From the NCBI GenBank assembly GCA_963762565.1, contig CAVXLD010000005.1, positions 224,001 through 288,000 of the forward strand: a DNA stretch of 64,000 nucleotides, written 5' to 3'. The notes below the pieces were generated by a model. The model was not told where the DNA came from and ran no database searches. It saw nothing but the letters and a program-made list of their open reading frames with translations. Both the position numbers and the translations under genes were made by a program. Every line of letters starts with the position of its first letter. Position 1 is the stretch's first letter. The DNA is from an uncultured Verrucomicrobiae bacterium. Its GTDB lineage: Bacteria; Verrucomicrobiota; Verrucomicrobiia; Chthoniobacterales; JAFAMB01. This document shows, one piece after another, positions 20,158 through 29,394 of the stretch.

Positions 20158-20365
20158 CGCCGAACTCGCCTGAGGCTCCTTCGGAATAGCCAATAGCCAA
20201 ATAGCCTATAGCCAATAGCAGATAGCGTTATGAGCTGCCACGCGTTGGGTAGCTCGGACCATTGGCTATCGTATTGGCTATTGGCTATTGGCTATTGGAA
20301 GGAGCCTCAGCGACTGACCGGTCCCGGATTTCGGACGTCCCAAACTTGGGCCCTGGCGAGCATTG
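20155..20365. repeat. MITE-like hairpin element (family B), copy 2
   Basis: Same inverted repeats as copy 1, with ATAGCCA/TGGCTAT heptamer arms. Confidence 0.88.
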
Positions 20366-20421
20366 AGGTCTACCCGACATAATAGACTGATGTCCAGCGA
20401 GTTACGACTTTGTATAGAGCG

Positions 20422-20436
20422 TGGCCCGCAACCTGC
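20422..20436 (+). promoter_or_regulatory. Sigma54-like motif TGGCCCGCAACCTGC
   Basis: GG-N10-GC spacing; 15 nt upstream of the ATG at 20451. Confidence 0.5.
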
Positions 20437-20450
20437 ATTTCACTGCGCGT

Positions 20451-20786
20451 ATGAAAATTAACTCGTCACACTCTCCGGAAACGGGCCAACGTCTTCGACG
20501 GTCGCCAGAAGGCACGACGATTCTGAAAATTGTCGCCGCTGGTGTAACCGGGACGGCCTCGTACGTCGCTGCGGTCTTAACCACTGTCGTAGAATCAGGT
20601 GGATTCTGGCAGTATTTCTGTTTGGGCGCCTGTATTCTTTTCTTCGTTTGCGCTGTGTCTCTTGTCATTATGGCGAGCAGAGAGGGGCTGCGCATCGATC
20701 ACACTGGGCTTAGCTTCGAAACGCATGACACCTCACCCGTAGCGGAGCAAAAAGTGAGTATCGGCGACAATGATCGGGTAATGTGA
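20451..20786 (+). CDS. Small hypothetical membrane protein (two hydrophobic segments)
   Basis: Two TM-like stretches; sigma54-like motif upstream. Confidence 0.5.
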   Translation: MKINSSHSPETGQRLRRSPEGTTILKIVAAGVTGTASYVAAVLTTVVESGGFWQYFCLGACILFFVCAVSLVIMASREGLRIDHTGLSFETHDTSPVAEQKVSIGDNDRVM

Positions 20787-20818
20787 GACGCTGGACGCGA
20801 CCGGGCGAGAACCCGTTA

Positions 20819-21024
20819 CCCAATTCGATTCTCACAATACGGAAAGATCGCAAAGGCCACAAAGACACAAGGCTTTTTACAGAAGTTAACGAAGTCAACC
20901 AAGGGCAAAGGCGTTCAATCTCAGTGTAGAGGTTTCCCCGTGGGCAGACCTTTGTTTGTTTCGTTAGCTTCTGTCGGAGTTTCTGTCTTTGCGATCTTTG
21001 TGATCTTTACGTATTGTGATTTGA
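20819..21024. repeat. Nested palindromic element with 9-mer arms
   Basis: Outer layer cacaatacggaaagatc shared with 7921 and ~62042-62075; inner acagaagttaacgaa/ttcgttagcttctgt. Confidence 0.8.
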
Positions 21025-21049
21025 GGATTTTAAGACGTTCAGAAAAGTA

Positions 21050-23296
21050 CTACAAAGCGTAATCGCCCCAGTAGCGCTCAATCCGTAGCTCGCGAATTAA
21101 CCGTGAGCACTCCTCCAGATCGTCTGCGATTAGGTGGTAGCGTCCTACGAGATCCAACATTCGTAAGGGTTCGGTTACTTTATGTACATTTAAGATTCCG
21201 CTCTGGCGGATGTCGCGGACCACTTCATCCATGGCGTTCACCGCACCGTGCAGGGTTGGAAACTCACGCCGGCAATCGCCTAGCCGGAAGCATGCAGAAA
21301 AAGTGTCTAACATCTGATGAAACTCGGTTTCAAGGCTTTCCAGTCTTGGCCGCAGCAGTGGTTCAGCAGCTTTCGGCAGGTTCTTTCGGTAAGAAACAAG
21401 ATGTCCGACCCGAGGCGCCATGGCTTGCAATTGGCGTAACAAAGCGCTGAGACCAGCTTTCTCGTTCGCAGAACACCGGGGCATCCGAATCCTCTGAATC
21501 ACTTGTTGAGCCTCCACCGATCGAAGGGTCAATTTTGCCTTAATTCTTTCTTGATGGGGATCTTCTCGCAGGAGACCCCTGATGCCAGCGAAAAGATCAA
21601 GTAGATTGTCTCGGAGCAGTTTTTGGGGCAAGACGGGCCAGATCAATCGACTCACCAAAGCCCCGAGAAACATTCCCGTCATCAAACCAATGAACGAGTC
21701 GATGATGTTCTGTGAGTCGACCGGTTGTTGCGGATTTAGTCCCACAAAAACGCTGACGAATAACCAGGTGAGCAGGACCCAAAGATTGACCCCGGCATTC
21801 CGCGCGGTCAGGAATCCTAGGCCGAAAAGAATAGCAAACAGCGTCAGATTCATAACCAGATAATTGGCGAGAAACGGGGTGGTCAGCAGGAGCACAAAGA
21901 TGCATCCAGTTAGAACCAGAGAGCCGAAAAACGCGTTTTGAATAATTCCCCTGTCGCCAGTGCCTCCCGCCCGGACAAATGGTCGTGTCAGTACGGTCTG
22001 GATCCAGGCCATGAGCGGAAGTGCGGCCGATCCGGGAGGATGAATCCACTTGAGCAGGGTTATCCCGATGACGCCGACCAACCCGCTCTTGATACCAACC
22101 TTTACCCAGAACCAATCGATGTTGGGTAACAGGTCCCAATGGGGTTTGGCTTCAGGCAACGGCTGGCCAAAGCGCGGCAGCCCTTGGGTCACATTCCGGA
22201 TGTTGAGTAATTCGTCCCGCAGTGAACGTATGGCGGCGAAATGGGTCCCGAAGACAATGGCCTTATCGGTCGGTTGCGTGGCGAAGAAACCCTGATCACG
22301 AAGTTCCTCGGTCTTTTTTATCAAGATCGCAAAGGCATCCTGCAAAGAACCGAGTGGCAGCTTCTCACCCGGACGATAGGATGCTGACAAAATATTAGCT
22401 TCCTCAGAAATGGCCTTGCTTACGAGCGTTAGTTCGGTGCGCAGGCGTTCCACAATAGCGGCATCGACCTTGCGCCAACGGGTTAGTAGAAGTGAGCCTT
22501 CAAAAAGGCTAATAAGCGACGACAGATAAGCATTGTAGTTGGAGAGACGAGCGGCGAAAAAGGTGCTCTCCATCGATCCGGCTTGCAGCAGATTCCTGAG
22601 AGCTGACAGTCGCGCTGGAAATGTCTGCCGGATTTCTTCCACTTTGGCGGGGGATTCGGTGCCGAGCGCGAACGCTTCGGTTTCACTGGATATCAATTGG
22701 CCAATTGCTTCGAGACTCTCGCGGCTGGCGGCAACAAATTCTTCGCGGGCGGAACGAGGCCATAAGACAGTTGATACGAGGAGCGCGACCGTTGATCCGA
22801 GCAAGATCTCCTCCGTCCGATCTATACCGACCTGCCAAGCTTGATCCGGAGTAGCGATCCCATTTGTAACGACACTGAGTGTTGTCAACCCTAGCAGATA
22901 GTAGGCATAGGGGACCTGCCGCGCGCCGAACTGGCCGTATTTGTAACTCGTGATCGCCAGCACTAAAAAAAAGAGCAGCAAAAAAATCATCGGCGCGGAC
23001 GTATAATCGCCGACCAGCCAGACCCCAACGATTCCACCAGCAATAGTTCCGACCGTCCGCAGAATCGCTTTAACCGCAATCGAACCGGTATACTGAGTCG
23101 TCATCATGACCAGGACCGTCAAGATGGCCCAATTGTCATGGGGTAACGGCAGAACTTGCGTCAGGTACAAGGACAGAGTGCCGGCCAGCCCCATTTTTAT
23201 GCCTTGTCTCACTCGCAAGTCGCGAAACACTCCTCCAAGTGGCCAGCGCCACTTTCGCGCTGACGAGAGGAAATGATTCTTAACCGCCGTACTCAT
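21050..23296 (-). CDS. FUSC (aromatic acid / fusaric acid resistance) family membrane protein
   Basis: WAILTVLVM, RTVGTIAGG and R.EEILLG motifs, two TM clusters, LIWPVLPQ; start placed at MSTAVK because the longer ORF reads through repeats. Confidence 0.85.
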   Translation of the reverse strand: MSTAVKNHFLSSARKWRWPLGGVFRDLRVRQGIKMGLAGTLSLYLTQVLPLPHDNWAILTVLVMMTTQYTGSIAVKAILRTVGTIAGGIVGVWLVGDYTSAPMIFLLLFFLVLAITSYKYGQFGARQVPYAYYLLGLTTLSVVTNGIATPDQAWQVGIDRTEEILLGSTVALLVSTVLWPRSAREEFVAASRESLEAIGQLISSETEAFALGTESPAKVEEIRQTFPARLSALRNLLQAGSMESTFFAARLSNYNAYLSSLISLFEGSLLLTRWRKVDAAIVERLRTELTLVSKAISEEANILSASYRPGEKLPLGSLQDAFAILIKKTEELRDQGFFATQPTDKAIVFGTHFAAIRSLRDELLNIRNVTQGLPRFGQPLPEAKPHWDLLPNIDWFWVKVGIKSGLVGVIGITLLKWIHPPGSAALPLMAWIQTVLTRPFVRAGGTGDRGIIQNAFFGSLVLTGCIFVLLLTTPFLANYLVMNLTLFAILFGLGFLTARNAGVNLWVLLTWLFVSVFVGLNPQQPVDSQNIIDSFIGLMTGMFLGALVSRLIWPVLPQKLLRDNLLDLFAGIRGLLREDPHQERIKAKLTLRSVEAQQVIQRIRMPRCSANEKAGLSALLRQLQAMAPRVGHLVSYRKNLPKAAEPLLRPRLESLETEFHQMLDTFSACFRLGDCRREFPTLHGAVNAMDEVVRDIRQSGILNVHKVTEPLRMLDLVGRYHLIADDLEECSRLIRELRIERYWGDYAL

Positions 23297-23355
23297 TGCT
23301 GGGTGATGCGGGTAATGTGAGTTTCGATTTTGCGGACACGTGTGAAGGAGGTTTT

Positions 23356-23569
23356 TTGTCCCGAAGGGACTACAGGACTCAGCCTGGGGTTTCAACCCCA
23401 GGTACGCACAAAGAAAAGGCGCGCCCTGAAAGGGCGGTAGAACGGTCGCCTCAAGGTACCGGAACGAGCCCTCGATAAAAACTCTCTGGCGCCCCTTCAG
23501 GGCAGCGCATTTTTTTAAATTATCTGGGGTTAAAACCCCAGGCTGAGTCCTAACGTCCCTTCGGGACAA
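23356..23569. repeat. Long palindromic REP cluster/MITE (family C)
   Basis: gtcccgaagggac..ggactcagcctggggtt..cgccctgaaagggcg followed by the mirror image; same architecture as 61760-62027. Confidence 0.88.
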
Positions 23570-23671
23570 TAAAGCAGCATTGCGAGACGAAGCCGATTTT
23601 ACGATTAACTTGACTTGCTCACAACTGCGAGATCGCGTCGACGACCTCACTGGTTGTCTGGGCGGCAGTCC

Positions 23672-23854
23672 GTGGAGCGTGCCTCGCTTGCAAGGCCGAC
23701 TGTCAGCAGGGCTGAGGGCTTGCCAGGCCCATCGTCGGACTAGGCGCTTATCGGTCGAGAGGTGGACGTCGTGACAGAGCGTGGCGAGGCAATAATATGC
23801 CAGGCACGGTCTTCCCTTGCTCACCACGGCCTCGCAAGCGAGGCAACGCTCCAC
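23672..23854. repeat. Inverted doublet of GTGG-type REPs
   Basis: gtggagcgtgcctcgcttgcaaggcc ... ggcctcgcaagcgaggcaacgctccac. Confidence 0.85.
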
Positions 23855-24081
23855 AAAACTCAACGCCGACAACTATCCGAAACGAAGAGGCGATCTATTA
23901 GACCAAGGTATCGTTCAGTCCGAAAAATCGTACCTCGATTTACCGGGACAAACATTTCGTAAGACCCTCATAATCAGGGAGAAACGCCTCGAACGCCAGG
24001 TTGGTACACAACTTGTTATTGTCTCTCTTGCTGTCCCCAGGAGCTAACCGCGAATCGACCGAATGAAAGCCGACAAAAACC

Positions 24082-24176
24082 AACCGCAGATTAACGCAGA
24101 TGCACGCAGATTGAAGGCCGTTGCGTGTTCGCAGCCGCTGACCGGAATCTGCGTAAATCTGCGTCCATCTGCGGTT
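24082..24176. repeat. Hairpin with acgcagat-type repeat arms (family D, short form)
   Basis: aaccgcagattaacgcagatgcacgcagat ... atctgcgtaaatctgcgtccatctgcggtt. Confidence 0.9.
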
Positions 24177-24267
24177 AGGCTTTCAGTTTCTTGTCCATTT
24201 GCGTTGGCTCCTCGATCCTCAATTGAACGAGCCGGAGCTTATCCCCACAACACCGAGGTGCGCGATT

Positions 24268-24927
24268 ATGATTCTAGTGAACACATTTGAGCATGAATCG
24301 ATACTGTCACCGGCTCTGATGCCGATTGTCTTCATCGTGGACGATGATGTTTCTGTCCGCGAATCATTGGAATCGCTCGTCCGCAGTGCCGGCTGGCGAG
24401 CCGAGACCTTTGCCTCTGCCAAGGATTTCCTGGTTCGCCCCCGAGCCTTCGGTCCCAGCTGTTTGGTGTTGGATGTTCGGCTTCCGGATCTGAGCGGTCT
24501 CGACTTACAGAAGCGCGTTGTCGATCGGATCGATATGCCGATCATTTTCATCACCGGCCATGGAGATGTGCCGACGATCGTTCAGGCCATGAAGGCTGGA
24601 GCCGTCGAATTCTTGACCAAGCCCTATAGCAGCGACGTGATACTGCCTGCGATACAAAATGCCATCGAACGCAGTCGCGCGGCGCTTGGCCGCCAGGCGA
24701 AAGAAAGGTCGATCAGGGACCATTACGAATCACTTAGCCGCCGTGAACGGGAAGTCATGGCGTTGGTGGTATCCGGCCGCTTAAACAAGCAGGTCGGCGG
24801 CGAGCTCGGCATCAGCGAGATCACCGTTAAGGCTCACCGAGGTAATGTCATGCGAAAGATGAAGGCCGGGTCGATCGCCGATCTGGTGAGAATGGCTACT
24901 AGCCTCGAAATCGTGCCCGCACTGTGA
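24268..24927 (+). CDS. FixJ/NodW-type response regulator (REC plus LuxR HTH)
   Basis: IVDDD, CLVLDVRLP, FITGHGD, AMKAGAVEFLTKP, LNKQVGGELGISEITVKAHRG. Confidence 0.93.
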   Translation: MILVNTFEHESILSPALMPIVFIVDDDVSVRESLESLVRSAGWRAETFASAKDFLVRPRAFGPSCLVLDVRLPDLSGLDLQKRVVDRIDMPIIFITGHGDVPTIVQAMKAGAVEFLTKPYSSDVILPAIQNAIERSRAALGRQAKERSIRDHYESLSRREREVMALVVSGRLNKQVGGELGISEITVKAHRGNVMRKMKAGSIADLVRMATSLEIVPAL

Positions 24928-24961
24928 GCGTGGCTAGGCCGAAGGCAAACAGAAAAAAGCC

Positions 24962-25290
24962 AACCGCAGATGGACGCAGATTTACGCAGATAAGAAAGGG
25001 CGGACGGGCAATACAAAAGAGCGAAACATTTCGCTAGGCCGAACAACGCCGTGCAGAGGGGATCATCCGCAGATTACACAGATTTCGTTCTGAGGTGAGT
25101 TTAGCACCGCGAGGTAAAGGAGAACTGTAGGTATGAAAGATTTATTGATCTAGCTGGTCGTATCAAAGCTCCAAACGTAATCTGCGTAATCTGCGGATCG
25201 TTTCTGTTTTTGCCGGCGTTGCCTGATCCGGCGCTTGTTCCGCTATTTTGTTGCCCGTCCGCCCGTCCCCAGCTGCGTAAATCTGCGGTT
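24962..25290. repeat. Nested palindrome (family D, long form), copy A
   Basis: Outer and inner cgcagat/atctgcg arrays; homologous to 28966-29336. Confidence 0.85.
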
Positions 25291-25332
25291 AGAGTTTTTT
25301 TTGCGTTCTTTTGCCGCTATTTGTTCCGAATC

Positions 25333-26049
25333 ATGTTCGAAGATTTCGGCCGTTATGAATTTGTCGGTACTCCCGGCTTACGCATGCCCTACCGGCTGCT
25401 GGAGCCGAGTGATTTGAGCTCTCACGCCAAATATCCACTGGTCATCCTTCTCCACGGCTCAGGTGAACGAGGGGACGACAATGAAAAGCAGTTAGTCTAT
25501 GGGGTAGAGAGATTCGCCAGACCGGAATCCCGGGCCCAATATCCGTGTTTTGTGCTCGTGCCGCAGTGTCCAACGGATTTGGACAACCAATCGATCTTCT
25601 GGACTGGCGAACGTGAAAAGGTGCATCTTTTGAAGTTAACCCCTGAACCTGCGGCTCCAATCCGGACTGCCCTAGAGCTCTTATTCATGGTTCAGGGGAA
25701 GTATCCAGTCGACCTGGACCGTGTTTATATTACCGGGATTTCCATGGGTGGTTTCGCCACCTGGGAAGCGTTAATCAGACATCCACAGAATTTCGCAGCC
25801 GCTGTCCCGGTTTGCGGCGGTGGAGATGTGAGCTACGCCGACCGGTTTAAGCATGTTCCCGTGTGGGCATTCCATGGTGCGGAAGATCCGATCGTACCAG
25901 TTACTTATAGCCAGTCGATGATCGAGACCCTCAAGCAGACCGGCGGTCACCCGCGTTATACTGAGTATCCCGGGGTCGGACATAACTCCTGGGATCCTGC
26001 CTATGCCGAGCCGGAACTGCTTTCCTGGCTCTTTGCCCAAAAAAGATAG
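25333..26049 (+). CDS. Predicted peptidase/carboxylesterase (alpha/beta hydrolase)
   Basis: YPLVILLHGSGERG, GISMGG, WAFHGAED and GHNSW motifs. Confidence 0.88.
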   Translation: MFEDFGRYEFVGTPGLRMPYRLLEPSDLSSHAKYPLVILLHGSGERGDDNEKQLVYGVERFARPESRAQYPCFVLVPQCPTDLDNQSIFWTGEREKVHLLKLTPEPAAPIRTALELLFMVQGKYPVDLDRVYITGISMGGFATWEALIRHPQNFAAAVPVCGGGDVSYADRFKHVPVWAFHGAEDPIVPVTYSQSMIETLKQTGGHPRYTEYPGVGHNSWDPAYAEPELLSWLFAQKR

Positions 26050-26207
26050 ATCTCACTCGCGAGGACGCGCGCCCTCCCGCCGCTGACAGACGGGGCACCC
26101 CGTGGAGATTTGCTGTTCGCGAAGCGCCCCTGGCTTCGGCTCTCGACTTTCATTCGCCGCATTTTATGTTTTTACCTGTGCACCTCCATGGGAATCAGAG
26201 AACAAGA

Positions 26208-27092
26208 ATGACAGGGGTACTCAGGGTCAGTCGCATCAAAATGGTAACCGCTCTGATAATGGCAGCTTCAGCATCAGCGTGGGCTGCCAATCAGACGGTT
26301 AACGTTCTTTACGCTGGCTCGCTAGTGAATTTGATGGAACGGGGCGTGGGCCCTGCATTCGACCAGACGAGCGGCGATCGGTTTCAGGGATATGCCGGCG
26401 GTTCTGTTAAACTTGCCAACGAGATCAAAGGTAAGCTCCGGCGCGGGGACGTATTTATCAGCGCCAATCCGAAGGTGAACGACCAGCTGATGGGACAGGC
26501 TAACGGGAACTGGGTACAATGGTACATCACCTTCGCCCAGTCGCCGTTAGTAATCGGTTACAATCCCTCTAGCCGGTTCGCGAATGATCTGAAGAATAAA
26601 CCCTGGTACGAAGCGCTGGCCGAACCGGGACTGAAGCTCGGAAGAACCGATCCAAAACTTGATCCTAAGGGCGCACTAACGGTTGAACTTTTTAAGCGAG
26701 CAGAAACCTTGTACAATAACCCCAATCTTTCCCAACAAATTCTCGGCGATCCGGAAAATCCGGACCAGGTGCTACCGGAGGAAACGCTGGTCGGACGCTT
26801 ACAATCTGGACAGCTCGATGTCGGATTCTTTTACTCAACAGAGACAACCGACGCCAAGATCCCGGCGATTGACCTTCCCGGACAAATCGCACTGCAAGCC
26901 CGCTACACCATCACAATCCTGCAAGGTGCGCCAAACCCATCTGGTGCTGAAGCATTTCTTAGCTTTCTTGTCGGCGCCGATGGTCGCGCTCTGCTCAAGG
27001 AACATGGCCTTGAATCGGTTAGACTAAAAGTGAGCGGCGCTACTGACGTAATACCTAATGCGATAAAATCGCTCGTCGGCGGTACCCAGTGA
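26208..27092 (+). CDS. Molybdate/tungstate ABC substrate-binding protein (ModA/WtpA-like)
   Basis: Signal peptide, LYAGSL, GGSV.LA, DVFISA, GRTDPKLDPKG; adjacent to a permease-ATPase fusion. Confidence 0.82.
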   Translation: MTGVLRVSRIKMVTALIMAASASAWAANQTVNVLYAGSLVNLMERGVGPAFDQTSGDRFQGYAGGSVKLANEIKGKLRRGDVFISANPKVNDQLMGQANGNWVQWYITFAQSPLVIGYNPSSRFANDLKNKPWYEALAEPGLKLGRTDPKLDPKGALTVELFKRAETLYNNPNLSQQILGDPENPDQVLPEETLVGRLQSGQLDVGFFYSTETTDAKIPAIDLPGQIALQARYTITILQGAPNPSGAEAFLSFLVGADGRALLKEHGLESVRLKVSGATDVIPNAIKSLVGGTQ

Positions 27093-28939
27093 TCCGGCGT
27101 CCTCCTGCGCCGCTGCCGTGGCTAGCGGCATTGCTAGCGTGTTACCTGTGCGCCCCTTTTGTGGCCGCAGTGCAGCAAGCCTGGCTCACCGATTGGCATT
27201 CGGTAAACGCGACCGAGCTTTGGCGCGCCCTCGCAGTGTCAGTAGTTAGCGCCACAGTGTCCGCCACTCTAATCCTCATCGGCGGTGTGCCACTCGGTTA
27301 CTGCCTGGCGCGCGTGCCCGGGCGCAGAATGGCCTTGCTCGGTTTTATTGTGCAATTGCCCTTGGCGATCCCGCCTTTGGCGAGCGGCATCCTTTTGCTC
27401 TTTTTGATCGGACCCTACGCGCCACTTGGCCAGCTCGGGCACGGAGCACTCACCGACTCGTTTGCCGGTATTGTGCTTGCCGAGACTTTTGTGGCGGCGC
27501 CTTTTTCGATCGTTGCTTCGCGCTCAGCCTTCGCTTCGGTCGATCCTGTCCTCGAAGATGTAGCCGCTACCATGGGACGAGGAAGGCTGGTGACATTTGT
27601 AAAGGTTAGTCTTCCACTCGCTTGGCCAGCCATTCAAGCGGGTTTGCTTCTCTCTTGGTTGCGCGCCTTTGGTGAATTTGGGGCGACAGTCATGGTTGCC
27701 TATCATCCTTACTCACTCCCGGTCTATACGTACGTCGCGTTTGGGAGTCAGGGTCTGCCGGTGATGATGCCCATATTGCTTCCCGGCTTGGCGGCAGCAA
27801 TTGCGGTTTTTGCTCTCAGTACCATTCCTAACGTAAGGCCGCGGCGTGTGAGCGTCCCTCTCCGTCCATCGGACGCTCCGGTGGGGCACATTAGCGCATC
27901 GAGAACAACTCGTACACCAAGCTCAAGGGACATCTCGAAAGGCGGCCTTAGCTTTCAATTTCATCGCCACCTCGGTACCTCCTTCGAGTTGAATGTCAGT
28001 TGGACGACCCGCGCTCGACGTCTCGTTATCCTCGGTCCTTCGGGATCGGGAAAGACGCTCACGCTGCGTTTGTTGGCTGGACTCGACAGGCCAGACAGCG
28101 GTGTCTTCCGTCTCGGCCTAACCGACCTGTCCAGCCTGCCTCCGGAAGCTCGCGAGATAGCCTATGTCCCGCAGACTTACGCGTTGTTTCCTCATATGGA
28201 CGTGTTTGCCCAACTACTATTTCCAGTTGGTGCAGAAGCGCGCACCGCGCACCACTGGATCGAGCGGCTTGGCCTCGCCAATCTTGAGCATCGACTCCCG
28301 GCAACTTTGTCGCTTGGACAGCAACAGAGGGTGGCCTTGGCGAGAGCTCTGGTTCGGCCGGCAGACCTCATTCTACTTGATGAACCCTTATCCGCCCTGG
28401 ACGCGCCGCGGCGGCGCCGGCTTCGGAGAGAATTGCGTCAGTTGCAGCACGAAATCGAAGCAACCATGGTGATCGTTACCCACGACCCGGACGAAGCAGC
28501 CCTGCTTGGCGACGAAATCCTGATACTAGATCAAGGCCGCGTTCTTCAGACAGGCACAACCGAGGCGGTATTCACACGACCTGCAAGCGAAACGGTGGCT
28601 CGCCTGCTTGGTGCAGAAAACATCGCTTTTGGTGTCGCCGTGGACGACGAGCACATTGAGATCGGGGACGGCGTAAAACTTCATGTGACAGGTCCGCCTC
28701 TCCCGCCAAACGAACGTGTGGGTTGGACTGTGCGACCAGAGCACATATACCTTAATAGCAACGGCCCCTATGCAGCCATCATCGAAGACATCGTTCCATT
28801 CGGGAGCAGGCTGCAGGTCTATGTCAGGCTTGGTCACACTTCGTTGCTTGTGCTGACCAACGAACAGGTGGCTCAAATCAATGAAGTATGTCGCTTGGAC
28901 ATCGATCCGCGATCTATCCAGGTTTGGAAAGCCCCATGA
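27089..28939 (+). CDS. Fused molybdate-type ABC permease + ATPase + TOBE (ModBC-like)
   Basis: LPLAIPP and RAFGEFGAT permease motifs; Walker A GPSGSGKT, LSLGQQQR, LLDEP. Confidence 0.88.
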   Translation: MIRRPPAPLPWLAALLACYLCAPFVAAVQQAWLTDWHSVNATELWRALAVSVVSATVSATLILIGGVPLGYCLARVPGRRMALLGFIVQLPLAIPPLASGILLLFLIGPYAPLGQLGHGALTDSFAGIVLAETFVAAPFSIVASRSAFASVDPVLEDVAATMGRGRLVTFVKVSLPLAWPAIQAGLLLSWLRAFGEFGATVMVAYHPYSLPVYTYVAFGSQGLPVMMPILLPGLAAAIAVFALSTIPNVRPRRVSVPLRPSDAPVGHISASRTTRTPSSRDISKGGLSFQFHRHLGTSFELNVSWTTRARRLVILGPSGSGKTLTLRLLAGLDRPDSGVFRLGLTDLSSLPPEAREIAYVPQTYALFPHMDVFAQLLFPVGAEARTAHHWIERLGLANLEHRLPATLSLGQQQRVALARALVRPADLILLDEPLSALDAPRRRRLRRELRQLQHEIEATMVIVTHDPDEAALLGDEILILDQGRVLQTGTTEAVFTRPASETVARLLGAENIAFGVAVDDEHIEIGDGVKLHVTGPPLPPNERVGWTVRPEHIYLNSNGPYAAIIEDIVPFGSRLQVYVRLGHTSLLVLTNEQVAQINEVCRLDIDPRSIQVWKAP

Positions 28940-28965
28940 TCGAACGGAGGCGAAAATGGAAACCT

Positions 28966-29336
28966 AACCGCAGCCCCGAAATCCTCCGGGGCGAAATGGA
29001 CGCAGATTAACGCAGATCATCAAATCGCCAGTCTATACGATAGAGCGAAACACGCGCAGGATGGGACAATGCCAGCAAAAACAGGAACGATCCGCAGATT
29101 AACGCAGATTACGCAGATTACGCTTGGCGGCGGCTCAAGAAGACGAGGTAAAGGAAAACGTGTCGCCTACGAAAGTTTTGTTTCTCTCCCCGGCCGTATC
29201 AACGCTCAAAACGAAATCTGCGTAATCTGCGTAATCTGCGGATGATCCCCTCTGCAGGGCGTTGCTCGGCCTAATGAGATGCTTCGCTCTACTGTGTTGC
29301 CCGTCGGCACTTTCTCATCTGCGTTCATCAGCGGTT
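28966..29336. repeat. Nested palindrome (family D, long form), copy B
   Basis: Flanks are the reverse complement of copy A flanks, while the core is colinear with copy A. Confidence 0.85.
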
Positions 29337-29394
29337 CGGTTCCTATGGCACCCCTCAAAAAAATGTTGCTGTTAACCAACATATTCAGCTTTCC

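Noticed and set aside
23297..23872. N-terminal 190 aa extension of the FUSC ORF
   Set aside because: It is a translation of palindromic repeats (VERCLACEA, LGLKPQAES); the same applies to the extensions at 4047 and 25210
26050..26207. Molybdenum cofactor riboswitch or ModE box before the ModA-like gene
   Set aside because: No recognisable consensus; the region contains a lone family A arm. A covariance-model search would settle it
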